The translations under genes were made by a program, and so were the position numbers. Positions 42,097 through 51,098 of a stretch of 64,000 bases of DNA are shown here, one piece after another. The stretch spans positions 7,878 to 71,877 of the forward strand of contig JAUIIQ010000001.1 of NCBI GenBank assembly GCA_030431585.1. Direction: 5' to 3'. The DNA comes from Gammaproteobacteria bacterium. Its GTDB lineage: Bacteria; Pseudomonadota; Gammaproteobacteria; Pseudomonadales; Halieaceae. Each line of letters starts with the position of its first letter. Position 1 is the stretch's first letter. The notes beneath the pieces are model-generated. The model saw only the letters and a list, made by a program, of their open reading frames with translations, did not search any database and was not told the DNA's origin.

Positions 42097-42963
42097 ATGA
42101 CAGTGAAGCAGAGCAATACTATCGCAGTGGTCACCGGCGCCAGCCGCGGTGCCGGCCGGGGAATCGCGATCGCATTGGGCGCAACGGGCGCGACGGTGTA
42201 CGTGACTGGGCGTACCCAGAAGGAAGGCGATGCTCCCTTGCCTGGAACCGTCGGCGCGACCGCAGCTGAGGTCAGCGCAGCAGGCGGCGTGGGTATTCCC
42301 GTGTACTGCGACCATGCCGACGACACGCAGGTGGCGGCCCTCTTCCGCCAGGTGCAGGAGGAGCAGGGCAGAGTGGATATTCTGGTCAACAATGCCACCT
42401 GCCTACACGATGACCTTACCGTCAAGGGGCCGTTCTGGGAGAAGTCGCTGGCACTCACTGACATCTGGAACGTGGGCATGCGCTCTCATTACACTGCAAC
42501 CTATTTTGCCGCCCCGTTGTTACTGGCCAGCCAGCAGGCACTGGTGGTCAACACGTCCTCGTTTGGCGGACGAATCTACATGCACGGTCCGGCCTACGGC
42601 GCCGGAAAAGCCGCAGTCGATAAAATGGCGCACGACATGGCCGTGGATTTCAGGCCGCATGGCGTGGCAGTGGTATCCATTTGGATGGGCCTGTTGCTTA
42701 CTGAGCGCACGCGCAAGGTGTTCGACGCCGAGCCGGAGATGTACGCAGGCCTTATTGATACCTGCGAAACGCCGGGCCTTACCGGGCGAGTGATCCACGC
42801 CCTGCACCAGGATCCGCAGAGAATGGCGCGCAGCGGCAAGGTATGGATAGGTGCTGAACTGGCGCAGGAGTATGGTGTAACCGAGGAGGACGGCCGCCAG
42901 CCACCCTCACACCGCGCCTTTTTCGGTGAGCAGACCCAGTTTGGTGATGCCGTAGTGGAGTAA
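42097..42963 (+). CDS. Short-chain dehydrogenase/reductase (DHRS1-like)
   Basis: TGASRGAG, NNA, YGAGK. Confidence 0.92.
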   Translation: MTVKQSNTIAVVTGASRGAGRGIAIALGATGATVYVTGRTQKEGDAPLPGTVGATAAEVSAAGGVGIPVYCDHADDTQVAALFRQVQEEQGRVDILVNNATCLHDDLTVKGPFWEKSLALTDIWNVGMRSHYTATYFAAPLLLASQQALVVNTSSFGGRIYMHGPAYGAGKAAVDKMAHDMAVDFRPHGVAVVSIWMGLLLTERTRKVFDAEPEMYAGLIDTCETPGLTGRVIHALHQDPQRMARSGKVWIGAELAQEYGVTEEDGRQPPSHRAFFGEQTQFGDAVVE

Positions 42964-43070
42964 TGCATAACCCAAATGAAGGATGCTGTTTTCGCGCCCA
43001 CGGTCTTTAATGCAGGCTTACCGCGCGATGCGGCCAAATGATCAACCATAACAACGCGACAGGTGAACGC

Positions 43071-44261
43071 ATGAACGAATACGGATTGGAGTCTCCACGT
43101 GCACAGGAACTGATAGCAGCGGCTCGCGCCATGGGCCCCAGTCTCGTTGCTCGCAGGGCAGAATGTAAAGCGGGGCGCAGAGTGCCTGATGCCACTGTGG
43201 AGGATTTCCACAACGCAGGGTTCTTCAAAATTTTGCAGCCAGAGCAGTGGGGTGGTTACGCCATGGACCCGCAGGTTTTTTACATGGTGGGTTTTGAAGT
43301 GGCTCGACACTGCCCCTCCAGTGCCTGGATACTGGGCGTGATTGCCGTCCACAACTGGCAGCTTGCCGTATTTGATGATCAGGCGGCGCAGGATGTCTGG
43401 GCAGAAGACCCCTCAGTATTGATCTCGTCCTCCTACGCGCCGGTTGGCAAGGTGAAAGTCGTTGATGGCGGCTTCCGGCTCAGCGGCCGCTGGAGCTTCT
43501 CCAGCGGCTCGGAACACTGCAAGTGGGCGTTTCTGGGTGCTGTTGTGCCAACGCCTGAGGCACCGTTTGATATGGCCAACTACCGCACCTTCCTGGTTCC
43601 CATGGAGGATTACGAAATTGTTGATAACTGGGATGTGGTGGGCCTGCAGGGCACCGGCAGTCATGACATAGTCGTTGACGATGTGTTTGTGCCCGAGCAC
43701 CGTACTCACAAGTCGATGGACGGCTTCCTTTGCGACAACCCCGGCAACGCCGTGAACAGTGCGCCGCTCTACCGTATGCCGTTTATGCAGGTGTTTGTAC
43801 GCGCCGTCTGCACCGCGTCGCTGGGTGCCTGCGAAGGTGCCCTGCAAGCGTACATCGAGGTCGCCAAAACAAGGCAGGTTGGGCCCAACAAAATGAAAAA
43901 CGACCCGGCGGCGCGAAGCCTTGCCGCCGAAGCGCGTGCGGATATCGAGGAAATGAAGCTCACCATGGTGCGCAACTTCGACGCGATGATGGACAAGTGC
44001 CGCGCAGGTGAACCCATACCGGTAGAGGACCGGGTTCGCTATCGCTATGACTCAGCGGTGGTGGCAGACCGCTGCCTGGCGCTCAGCAGCCGCATGCTCA
44101 AAGCATCCGGTAGCGGCGGCGTCCGTCATGGTAGCGAACTGCTCGATTATCACCTGGACATACTCTGCAGTCAGGCCCATGTTGCCAACCATTCAGCGCC
44201 TTTTGCCAATAATCTGGGTGGCGTGATGTTCGGCGAAGAGAACGTGGACTACGCGGTGTAG
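43071..44261 (+). CDS. Flavin-dependent monooxygenase oxygenase subunit (HsaA/C2-like, acyl-CoA dehydrogenase fold)
   Basis: LQPEQWGG, ISSSYAP, WSFSSGSEHC, WDVVGLQGTGS, VFVPEHR. Confidence 0.88.
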   Translation: MNEYGLESPRAQELIAAARAMGPSLVARRAECKAGRRVPDATVEDFHNAGFFKILQPEQWGGYAMDPQVFYMVGFEVARHCPSSAWILGVIAVHNWQLAVFDDQAAQDVWAEDPSVLISSSYAPVGKVKVVDGGFRLSGRWSFSSGSEHCKWAFLGAVVPTPEAPFDMANYRTFLVPMEDYEIVDNWDVVGLQGTGSHDIVVDDVFVPEHRTHKSMDGFLCDNPGNAVNSAPLYRMPFMQVFVRAVCTASLGACEGALQAYIEVAKTRQVGPNKMKNDPAARSLAAEARADIEEMKLTMVRNFDAMMDKCRAGEPIPVEDRVRYRYDSAVVADRCLALSSRMLKASGSGGVRHGSELLDYHLDILCSQAHVANHSAPFANNLGGVMFGEENVDYAV

Positions 44262-44387
44262 TGGTCAAGTGATGCACGCAGTCAGTGTGCTGCGGCAGGC
44301 GATCATGCATCAGTTCGGTATGTCCGCGCAGGCGGTGTTCCGCCATCGCGGAACCAGGAAAAATATTCAGTAAAACAGGACGACAAA

Positions 44388-45221
44388 ATGGGAACAATCG
44401 GCCTACTGCCCGAAGGGAAATACGCGAACTGCGCCAACGGTTACAAGATTCATTACCTGGATGAAGGCGAAGGTGATGCTGTGGTTTTCCTGCACGGTTC
44501 CGGTCCCGGCGCCAGTGGCTACAGTAACTTCAAAGGCAACTACCCGGCCATGGTTGAAGCAGGCTACCGCTGCCTCGTTCCCGATCACATCGGCTACGGT
44601 TTTTCCGACAAGCCTGACGACGTGGACCATCCGCTGGCCTTCTTTGTTGAATGTATCAAGCAGACACTGGACTGCGCCGGGGTGGAAAAGTGTACCTTGA
44701 TCGGCAATTCGCTGGGCGGCGTGGTCGCTATCGGCCTGACACTGGAATACCCGGAACTGGTAGACAAGCTCATACTGATGGCCCCCGGCGGTCTTAACGA
44801 CCTGCCTGACTATCAGGCCATGCCCGGCATGCAGAAAGTTTTCCAGGTGTTTGGTTCAGGTGAGCCGGTCACCCCGGAGGTTATGAAGGACCTGTTTGCC
44901 ACTGGCCTGATGTACGACCCGCGCCACGCCACCGATGAACTGGTGGCCGAACGCATGCAAATAATGCAGATTATGAACGGCCATGTCATGGCCACCATGC
45001 AGATTCCTAATCTTGTTGACCAGCTGCACCGCATAGAATGCCCGGTACTGGGGTTCTGGGGCATGGACGAACGCATGATGCCGGAGACGGGCATTATGCG
45101 CATGGTCAAGAACATCAAGCACATGCGCCTTATCCTGGTGAACGAGTGCGGGCATTGGGTAATGGTTGAGCATGAAGGTATGTTCAACCGGGCCTGTATT
45201 GACTTTTTGCAGCACGGATAG
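44388..45221 (+). CDS. Meta-cleavage product (C-C bond) hydrolase, BphD/HsaD/DmpD-like
   Basis: HGSGPGASG, GNSLGG, CGHWV motifs. Confidence 0.85.
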   Translation: MGTIGLLPEGKYANCANGYKIHYLDEGEGDAVVFLHGSGPGASGYSNFKGNYPAMVEAGYRCLVPDHIGYGFSDKPDDVDHPLAFFVECIKQTLDCAGVEKCTLIGNSLGGVVAIGLTLEYPELVDKLILMAPGGLNDLPDYQAMPGMQKVFQVFGSGEPVTPEVMKDLFATGLMYDPRHATDELVAERMQIMQIMNGHVMATMQIPNLVDQLHRIECPVLGFWGMDERMMPETGIMRMVKNIKHMRLILVNECGHWVMVEHEGMFNRACIDFLQHG

Positions 45222-45260
45222 CACAGCAGCAAGTTGAGCAGGGTGCCAGGAGGCTCCCTG

Positions 45261-45545
45261 TTACATCCCCCTTTTCGCCGCATGGCGACCGGCACGCCGA
45301 CCGGCAAAAATGCAGTCGGCGATAGACAGGCCACTGACGTAGGAGTGTGACGCCACACCCTCCGCGGCCCGTCCCGCGGCGTACAGGCCAGCTATGGTGT
45401 CACCGTTGCCATTGAGGACTTCACCGGTCTGCTGCTGAATTTGCGTACCGCCCCCCGTGTAGTAAATACCGCCGGAAATTTTGGTAGAACCTCCCCCGTT
45501 AAAGCGGTCGATTATCGCAACATCAGCGCCCTGGTCTCTGGCCTC
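45261..45545 (-). pseudogene. Relic of an FAD-dependent 3-ketosteroid-dehydrogenase-like flavoprotein: N-terminal piece fused to C-terminal piece
   Basis: Manual translation: EARDQGADVAIIDRFNGGGSTKISGGIYYTGGGTQIQQQ/TGEVLNGNGDTIAGLYAAGRAAEGVASHSYVSGLSIADCIFAGRRAGRHAAKRGM*; no start codon, in-frame TAA just upstream. Confidence 0.85.
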
Positions 45546-45728
45546 TCGCGATAGCTTGTCCCTTTAATGCTATGCTTGCCCGGGTATAAAGTGACTGTCC
45601 CAGATCAACCTCTGTGCTCTGCTTTGTTTCAAGAAGGGAGCGAGTGTAAGTTGAAGGGCGTGGCCGGGTGTGGCCAGATCGCAGCGTAAGATGCGCGAAA
45701 ATCATAATTAGACAGACAGCAAAACAGT

Positions 45729-47390
45729 ATGAGCCAGGAACTACCGGACCTCCCCGCGATAGACGATCTCCAGAAACTGCTCCGCTTCGAGCCGGATGAG
45801 GGGCGCATCTGGCTGGAGGAAGAGCGCATGGTGCTGCTGCGCAGCAGCGAAATGCAGGCCCTGCGCAAGGAGATGATAGAGTCCCTGGGTATCGACCGGG
45901 CCAAGGGCCTGCTGATTCGCATGGGCTATATTGCCGGACAGCGGGACGCCGAGACCGCGCGACGTCTGCGTCCTGACGCACCTTTGTTCGAGGTATTCTC
46001 TGTTGGGCCGCAATCGCACATGATGACCGGGCAGGTCAAGGTTGTGCCAGTGACGCTTGATGTGGATGAGGAACGACAAACCTTTCACGGCGTGTTTGAG
46101 TGGCAGAACTCGTTCGAGGCAGAGATATTCCTGGCAGAGTATGGGGTGAGCTTCGAACCCGTCTGTTGGTCGCAGATTGGTTATGCCAGCGGCTTTACCA
46201 CCCGCTTCACGGGTAGGCAGATACTGTTTCGGGAACTGGGATGCATGGGCTGCGGCGAGAAGGCTTGTCGCATCGAAGGGCGCCCTGCAGAAGAGTGGGA
46301 CGACAGCGAGGACCTGTTGCGTTACTACCGTCCGGATCGTATCGCCGACCAATTATTTTCGCTGCAGTCCCAGGTGACGGCCCTGCGCGAGAATCTTACC
46401 GCTGCGCAGAGTTTTGGTGACCTGGTGGGTTGCTCCCCGTGCTTTCTTGAGGTGCGTGAACTGCTTTCGCGGGCAGCCGAGAGTAAGGTAACCGTACTGC
46501 TTCTGGGAGAAACCGGTGTCGGTAAGGACATGTTCGCCAAGGCTTTGCATGAGGGTAGCCCGCGAGCCGACAAGCCCTTTATCGCTGTAAACTGCGCGGC
46601 CATTCCGGGGGACCTTATCGAGGCGGAACTGTTCGGTGTTGAGAAGGGCGCCTACACCGGCGCTGACCAGTCGCGACCCGGGCGTTTCGAGCGAGCTCAC
46701 GGCGGTACTCTGTTCCTTGATGAGGTGGGTGAGCTGTCTCCCCAGGCGCAGGCCGCGTTACTGCGCGTGTTGCAGGAGAGCGAGCTGGAACGGGTAGGAG
46801 ATACACGTACCCGCAAGGTGGATGTGCGTCTGGTGGCGGCGACCAATGAAAATCTGGAGGAGGCGGTAGAGGCGGGACGTTTTCGCTCGGACCTGCTGTA
46901 TCGATTGAACGTGTACTCGGTGACGGTGCCGCCACTGCGCAAACGCATCGACGATATACCGGAACTGGTCAGCCATTTTCTCGACAAGTATTCGACATTG
47001 CACGGCAAGCGGGTCACAGGGCTCACCAACCGGGCCATGGCCTCGCTGCGTGCCTACCACTGGCCGGGAAATATCCGTGAGCTGGCGAATATGATCGAGC
47101 GGGGGGTGATCCTTGCAGAGCACGGCGGGGAGATCGGCAGTGCGCTGCTGTTTCCTCACCTGCAACAGGCAGGGGATGATGCCGATGATCATACCCGGGG
47201 AGCCGGCCGCTCACTGGGTGTCCTCGCGGATAGTCTGCTTGAGGAAGGCTGCAGCCTGGGTGAGCTTGAGCAGCAAATGATTGCTCGTGCCATGGAGCGC
47301 ACCGGCGGGAATGTTACCCGGGCGGCGAAACTGCTGGGCCTGTCGCGACCGACGCTGGATTACCGTCTGAAAAAAGCGGGTACAAGCTGA
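45729..47390 (+). CDS. Sigma-54-dependent phenol-responsive activator (DmpR/XylR/MopR family)
   Basis: XylR_N GRIWLEEERM, V4R Cys motif, GETGVGKD, GAYTGA, RAHGGTLFLDE, WPGNIREL, HTH. Confidence 0.95.
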   Translation: MSQELPDLPAIDDLQKLLRFEPDEGRIWLEEERMVLLRSSEMQALRKEMIESLGIDRAKGLLIRMGYIAGQRDAETARRLRPDAPLFEVFSVGPQSHMMTGQVKVVPVTLDVDEERQTFHGVFEWQNSFEAEIFLAEYGVSFEPVCWSQIGYASGFTTRFTGRQILFRELGCMGCGEKACRIEGRPAEEWDDSEDLLRYYRPDRIADQLFSLQSQVTALRENLTAAQSFGDLVGCSPCFLEVRELLSRAAESKVTVLLLGETGVGKDMFAKALHEGSPRADKPFIAVNCAAIPGDLIEAELFGVEKGAYTGADQSRPGRFERAHGGTLFLDEVGELSPQAQAALLRVLQESELERVGDTRTRKVDVRLVAATNENLEEAVEAGRFRSDLLYRLNVYSVTVPPLRKRIDDIPELVSHFLDKYSTLHGKRVTGLTNRAMASLRAYHWPGNIRELANMIERGVILAEHGGEIGSALLFPHLQQAGDDADDHTRGAGRSLGVLADSLLEEGCSLGELEQQMIARAMERTGGNVTRAAKLLGLSRPTLDYRLKKAGTS

Positions 47391-47406
47391 GTAATCCAGC
47401 CTGGAT

Positions 47407-47455
47407 TTCATGAAATGATGAAATTAGCCTGTGGCCGGGTTCATCATATGATGAC
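47407..47455 (+). promoter_or_regulatory. Two DmpR/XylR-type upstream activating sequences
   Basis: TTCATGAAATGATGAA (47407-47422) and TTCATCATATGATGAC (47440-47455), resembling the TTGATCAATTGATCAA consensus. Confidence 0.8.
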
Positions 47456-47530
47456 TTTTTACCCCTTGAACGATTCCTCGCCTTCGCAGTAACGTATATA
47501 ACTACCTAAAATATATATATTTTTCCTTTC

Positions 47531-47546
47531 TGGCACGCGCATTGCT
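47531..47546 (+). promoter_or_regulatory. Sigma-54 (-24/-12) promoter of the phenol hydroxylase operon
   Basis: TGGCAC-GCGCA-TTGCT, preceded by an AT-rich spacer that could bind IHF. Confidence 0.92.
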
Positions 47547-47591
47547 CTATTGCTTCCATCAAATAATGCATAAAGCAATCCGGAGCCTCCC

Positions 47592-47861
47592 ATGGCACCA
47601 GTATCAAACATCCGCAGCAATGCGGACGCAGCCAAATTCTCTGAACTGAAGCGCTATGTGCGCGTCCGTCAGGTCATCGACGACAAGTTTGTCGAATTCG
47701 ACTTTGCCATCGGCGATCCCTCCCTGTACGTGGAACTGGTCCTGCCCAAGGCCGCTTTTGACACGTTTTGCCACCACAACAAGGTGGAAATCATGTCTGA
47801 GGAGCAGGCCGCAGCGGTGGATGCAGACATGGAAAAGTGGCGCTACGGCGACGAGAAGTAA
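47592..47861 (+). CDS. dmpK: Phenol hydroxylase assembly subunit P0
   Basis: RYVRV, FVEFDFAIGDPSLYVELVLP, KWRYG. Confidence 0.92.
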   Translation: MAPVSNIRSNADAAKFSELKRYVRVRQVIDDKFVEFDFAIGDPSLYVELVLPKAAFDTFCHHNKVEIMSEEQAAAVDADMEKWRYGDEK

Positions 47862-47896
47862 CACCCGGAACATCAACCCCAGCAACAGGTAATCCG

Positions 47897-48877
47897 ATGA
47901 GCATAGAGATAAAGACAGCAACACTGGAACCGATCAGGCATACCTACGAACACACCAAGCGTCGTTTCGGCGACAAGCCAGCGTCGCGTTATCAGGAGGC
48001 CAGCTACGACATAGCGCCCGAGCAGAACTTTCATTACCGGCCCACGTGGCAGCCAGACAAAGAGTTATTCGACCAGAGCCGCACCGCTGTGGTGATGGAT
48101 GACTGGAATGTGCACAAGGACCCTCGCCAGTATTACTACGGCACCTATGTCCAGGCGCGGGCGAAGCTTCAGGAAGTAACCGAGAGCAACTACGCCTTCT
48201 TCGACAAGCGCGGATTCGCTGATCGCATGCCTGAGGAGGTGAGACAAAAAATCATACGCTGCATGGTACCGCTGCGACACGCTGAACTGGGCGCCAACAT
48301 GAACAACATGTTTTGCTTCTCTTACGGCACGGCCACGGTGGTGAACCAGGGTTTTCTGTACCACAGTATGGACCGCCTTGGTATCGCTCAGTACCTGTCG
48401 CGAGTGGGGCTGCTGCTCGATGGGAACAGTACTGAGAGCCTGGCTGCCGCCAAGGAATTCTGGATGAGTGACCCCGTCTGGCAGGGCATGCGTCGTTATA
48501 TCGAGAACGTGCTCTGCCTGGAAGACTGGTTCGAGGTGTTCATTGCCCAGAACGTGGTACTGGATACGTTGGTATATGACCTGATCTATCGACAGTTTGA
48601 CGAGAAAATTACTGAGGAAGGTGGTTCCGATCTAGCAATGCTAATCGAATTTATGCAGGAGTGGCACAAGGACAGCTCCCGTTGGGTGGATGCGACCCTC
48701 AAGACCACAGTGGGTGAGTCCGAACATAACCGCGAAACAATCCGTCGCTGGGTTGCCGACTGGCAGGAGAAGGCGGTAGCTGATTTGGCCCCTCTCGCTG
48801 AGATTGCGGTGGGCGACGATGCCATGAATGCATGCGTGGAAGTATTGAACAAGCGACTGGCCAAGGCAGGCCTCTAA
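47897..48877 (+). CDS. dmpL: Phenol hydroxylase beta subunit P1
   Basis: RRFGDKPASRYQEA, FHYRPTW, DPRQYYY, GANMNN. Confidence 0.95.
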   Translation: MSIEIKTATLEPIRHTYEHTKRRFGDKPASRYQEASYDIAPEQNFHYRPTWQPDKELFDQSRTAVVMDDWNVHKDPRQYYYGTYVQARAKLQEVTESNYAFFDKRGFADRMPEEVRQKIIRCMVPLRHAELGANMNNMFCFSYGTATVVNQGFLYHSMDRLGIAQYLSRVGLLLDGNSTESLAAAKEFWMSDPVWQGMRRYIENVLCLEDWFEVFIAQNVVLDTLVYDLIYRQFDEKITEEGGSDLAMLIEFMQEWHKDSSRWVDATLKTTVGESEHNRETIRRWVADWQEKAVADLAPLAEIAVGDDAMNACVEVLNKRLAKAGL

Positions 48878-48892
48878 AGGAGCAAAAAAACG

Positions 48893-49162
48893 ATGTCGAA
48901 AGCTTATATCGCATTGCAGGACAACGAGGAATCTCACTATATCGTGGAGGCGATCGAAGAGGATAACCCCACCGCCACGGTTATCTACCAACCCGCCATG
49001 ATTCGCATAGAAAACGAGGGACGCCTGGTGATCAAGCGGGAGACCGTGGAAGAAAAAATGGGCAGAGACTGGGAGATCCAGGCTCTGCATGTGAACCTGA
49101 TTACCCTGGGAGGCAACGTCGACGAAGACGATGACCAGTTTTCCCTGAGCTGGAAGCAATAA
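48893..49162 (+). CDS. dmpM: Phenol hydroxylase regulatory protein P2
   Basis: IALQDNEE..IVEAI..DNP, NLITLGGNVDED. Confidence 0.95.
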   Translation: MSKAYIALQDNEESHYIVEAIEEDNPTATVIYQPAMIRIENEGRLVIKRETVEEKMGRDWEIQALHVNLITLGGNVDEDDDQFSLSWKQ

Positions 49163-49174
49163 GGAGAAGGCAAG

Positions 49175-50707
49175 ATGACAGCTAAAAAACTGAATATGAA
49201 AGAGAAGTACAGTCTCCTCACGCGAGACCTGGACTGGGAATACAGCTACCGCGACTACAAGGAAATATTCCCCCAGGAGGAATTTGAGGGCATTAAGATT
49301 ACCGACTGGAGCAAGTGGGAAGACCCCTTCCGCCTGACCATGGATGCTTACTGGAAGTATCAGGCAGAGAAAGAGAAGAAGCTCTACGCCATCCTTGATG
49401 CGTTCGCCCAGAATAACGGACAGCAGAACGTGACGGACGCCCGTTACATCAATGCCATCAAGCTGTTCCTCACTGGCATTTCACCAGGAGAGCACCAGGC
49501 CGCGATGGGCTTCGGCCATGTGGGACGTCAACTGGGTGGGGTTGGCGCGCGAGTAGCCTGCCAGATGCAGGCCATTGATGAACTGCGCCATGTGCAGACG
49601 CAGATTCACGCGATGAGTCACTACAACAAGTTCTTCGATGGCTTCCAGGACTTTTCTCATATGCACGACCGGGTCTGGTACCTGTCTGTGCCCAAGTCTT
49701 TCTTCGATGACGCTCGCACCGCCGGGCCATTTGAATACATGGTGGCGATCGGCTTCTCGTTCGAGTATGTGCTGACCAACCTGCTGTTTGTGCCGTTCAT
49801 GTCCGGCGCCGCCTACAACGGTGATATGGCCACGGTGACCTTTGGCTTCTCCGCACAGTCGGATGAGGCGCGCCACATGACACTGGGTCTGGAGATCATC
49901 AAGTTCCTGTTGGAACAGCACCCGGATAACGTGCCTATCGTGCAGCGCTGGATCAACAAGTGGTTCTGGCGCGGCACCCGCATGCTGGCGCTGGTGGCGA
50001 TGATGATGGACTACATGCTGCCAAATAAGGTGATGTCCTGGCAGGAGGCCTGGGAAGTCTACTTTGAGGAAGCGGGCAGCTCCCTGTTCAAGGATCTGGC
50101 GCGTTATGGGATTGAAATGCCGGCCTATGCCAAAACGGCTATTGCCGAGAAGGAGCATGTTTCTCATCAGGCATGGAGCATTTTTTACAACTACGGTCAC
50201 GCCGCTGCCTTCCATACCTGGATGCCTACAGAGAAGGAAATGGACTGGCTGTCGGAGAAATACCCCAACACATTTGACAAGTACTACCGCCCGCGCTTTG
50301 AAAAGTGGCGCGAGATGGAGGCGGCCGGAGAGCGTTTCTACAACCCGACCCTGCCCATGCTCTGCCAGACCTGCCAGATTCCGATGGGCTTCACCGACAT
50401 GGAAGACCCTACGGCAACCTTCTACCGCCAGTCTGAATACGACGGTGAACGCTATAACTTCTGCTCTGACGGTTGCAAGGACATCTTTGACTATGAGCCT
50501 GAGAAGTACGTGCAAGCCTGGCTGCCGGTGCACCAGATATACCAGGGCAACTGTGGCGGAGCGGAAATGGAAGATGTGCTGGGCGACTACTACAAGATAA
50601 ACCTCGGCGTCGACAATATGGACTTCCACGGTTCTCCTGACGAGGAACGCTGGAATGCCTGGCACAACCTGCCGTCCGCTGAAGACAAACTGAAGCAGGC
50701 AAGCTGA
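49175..50707 (+). CDS. dmpN: Phenol hydroxylase alpha (di-iron) subunit P3
   Basis: WEDPFRLTMDAYWKYQ, two DExRH motifs (IDELRH, SDEARH), YHS-like FCSDGC. Confidence 0.97.
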   Translation: MTAKKLNMKEKYSLLTRDLDWEYSYRDYKEIFPQEEFEGIKITDWSKWEDPFRLTMDAYWKYQAEKEKKLYAILDAFAQNNGQQNVTDARYINAIKLFLTGISPGEHQAAMGFGHVGRQLGGVGARVACQMQAIDELRHVQTQIHAMSHYNKFFDGFQDFSHMHDRVWYLSVPKSFFDDARTAGPFEYMVAIGFSFEYVLTNLLFVPFMSGAAYNGDMATVTFGFSAQSDEARHMTLGLEIIKFLLEQHPDNVPIVQRWINKWFWRGTRMLALVAMMMDYMLPNKVMSWQEAWEVYFEEAGSSLFKDLARYGIEMPAYAKTAIAEKEHVSHQAWSIFYNYGHAAAFHTWMPTEKEMDWLSEKYPNTFDKYYRPRFEKWREMEAAGERFYNPTLPMLCQTCQIPMGFTDMEDPTATFYRQSEYDGERYNFCSDGCKDIFDYEPEKYVQAWLPVHQIYQGNCGGAEMEDVLGDYYKINLGVDNMDFHGSPDEERWNAWHNLPSAEDKLKQAS

Positions 50708-50722
50708 GAGGAGCGTTGAATC

Positions 50723-51085
50723 ATGACCGTAGCAGCAATTACCCCCGAGTACATCGGTGAACGCCGGGATCGAGTTGAGAACTTCCACGGCAACCAGATC
50801 GTGTACGTGGGCTGGGACAGGCACCTGATGTTCTGCTCGCCCGTGGCCTTCGCCCTGCCGCCCGAGACCTTATTCTCCACCCTGGTCGATGATGTCATCA
50901 GCGGTGCGTTTAGCCAGCACCCCGACTTCGCCGAAATAGACTGGGGAAAGGTCCAGTGGCACCTCAACGACCAGCCCTTTGCCCCTGAGCGGGACAAGAG
51001 CTTGATTGAACAAGGGGTGGACCACAAGTCCATCATCCGTATGGCCACACCCGGTTTGAACGGTATTGAAGGCTCGGGCAGTTGA
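50723..51085 (+). CDS. dmpO: Phenol hydroxylase gamma subunit P4
   Basis: RDRVENFHG, GWDRHLMF, HPDF, PGLNGI. Confidence 0.94.
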   Translation: MTVAAITPEYIGERRDRVENFHGNQIVYVGWDRHLMFCSPVAFALPPETLFSTLVDDVISGAFSQHPDFAEIDWGKVQWHLNDQPFAPERDKSLIEQGVDHKSIIRMATPGLNGIEGSGS

Positions 51086-51098
51086 ACAGGAACCCATC

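Noticed and set aside
49481-50824. 447-aa minus-strand ORF
   Set aside because: Antisense shadow of dmpN.
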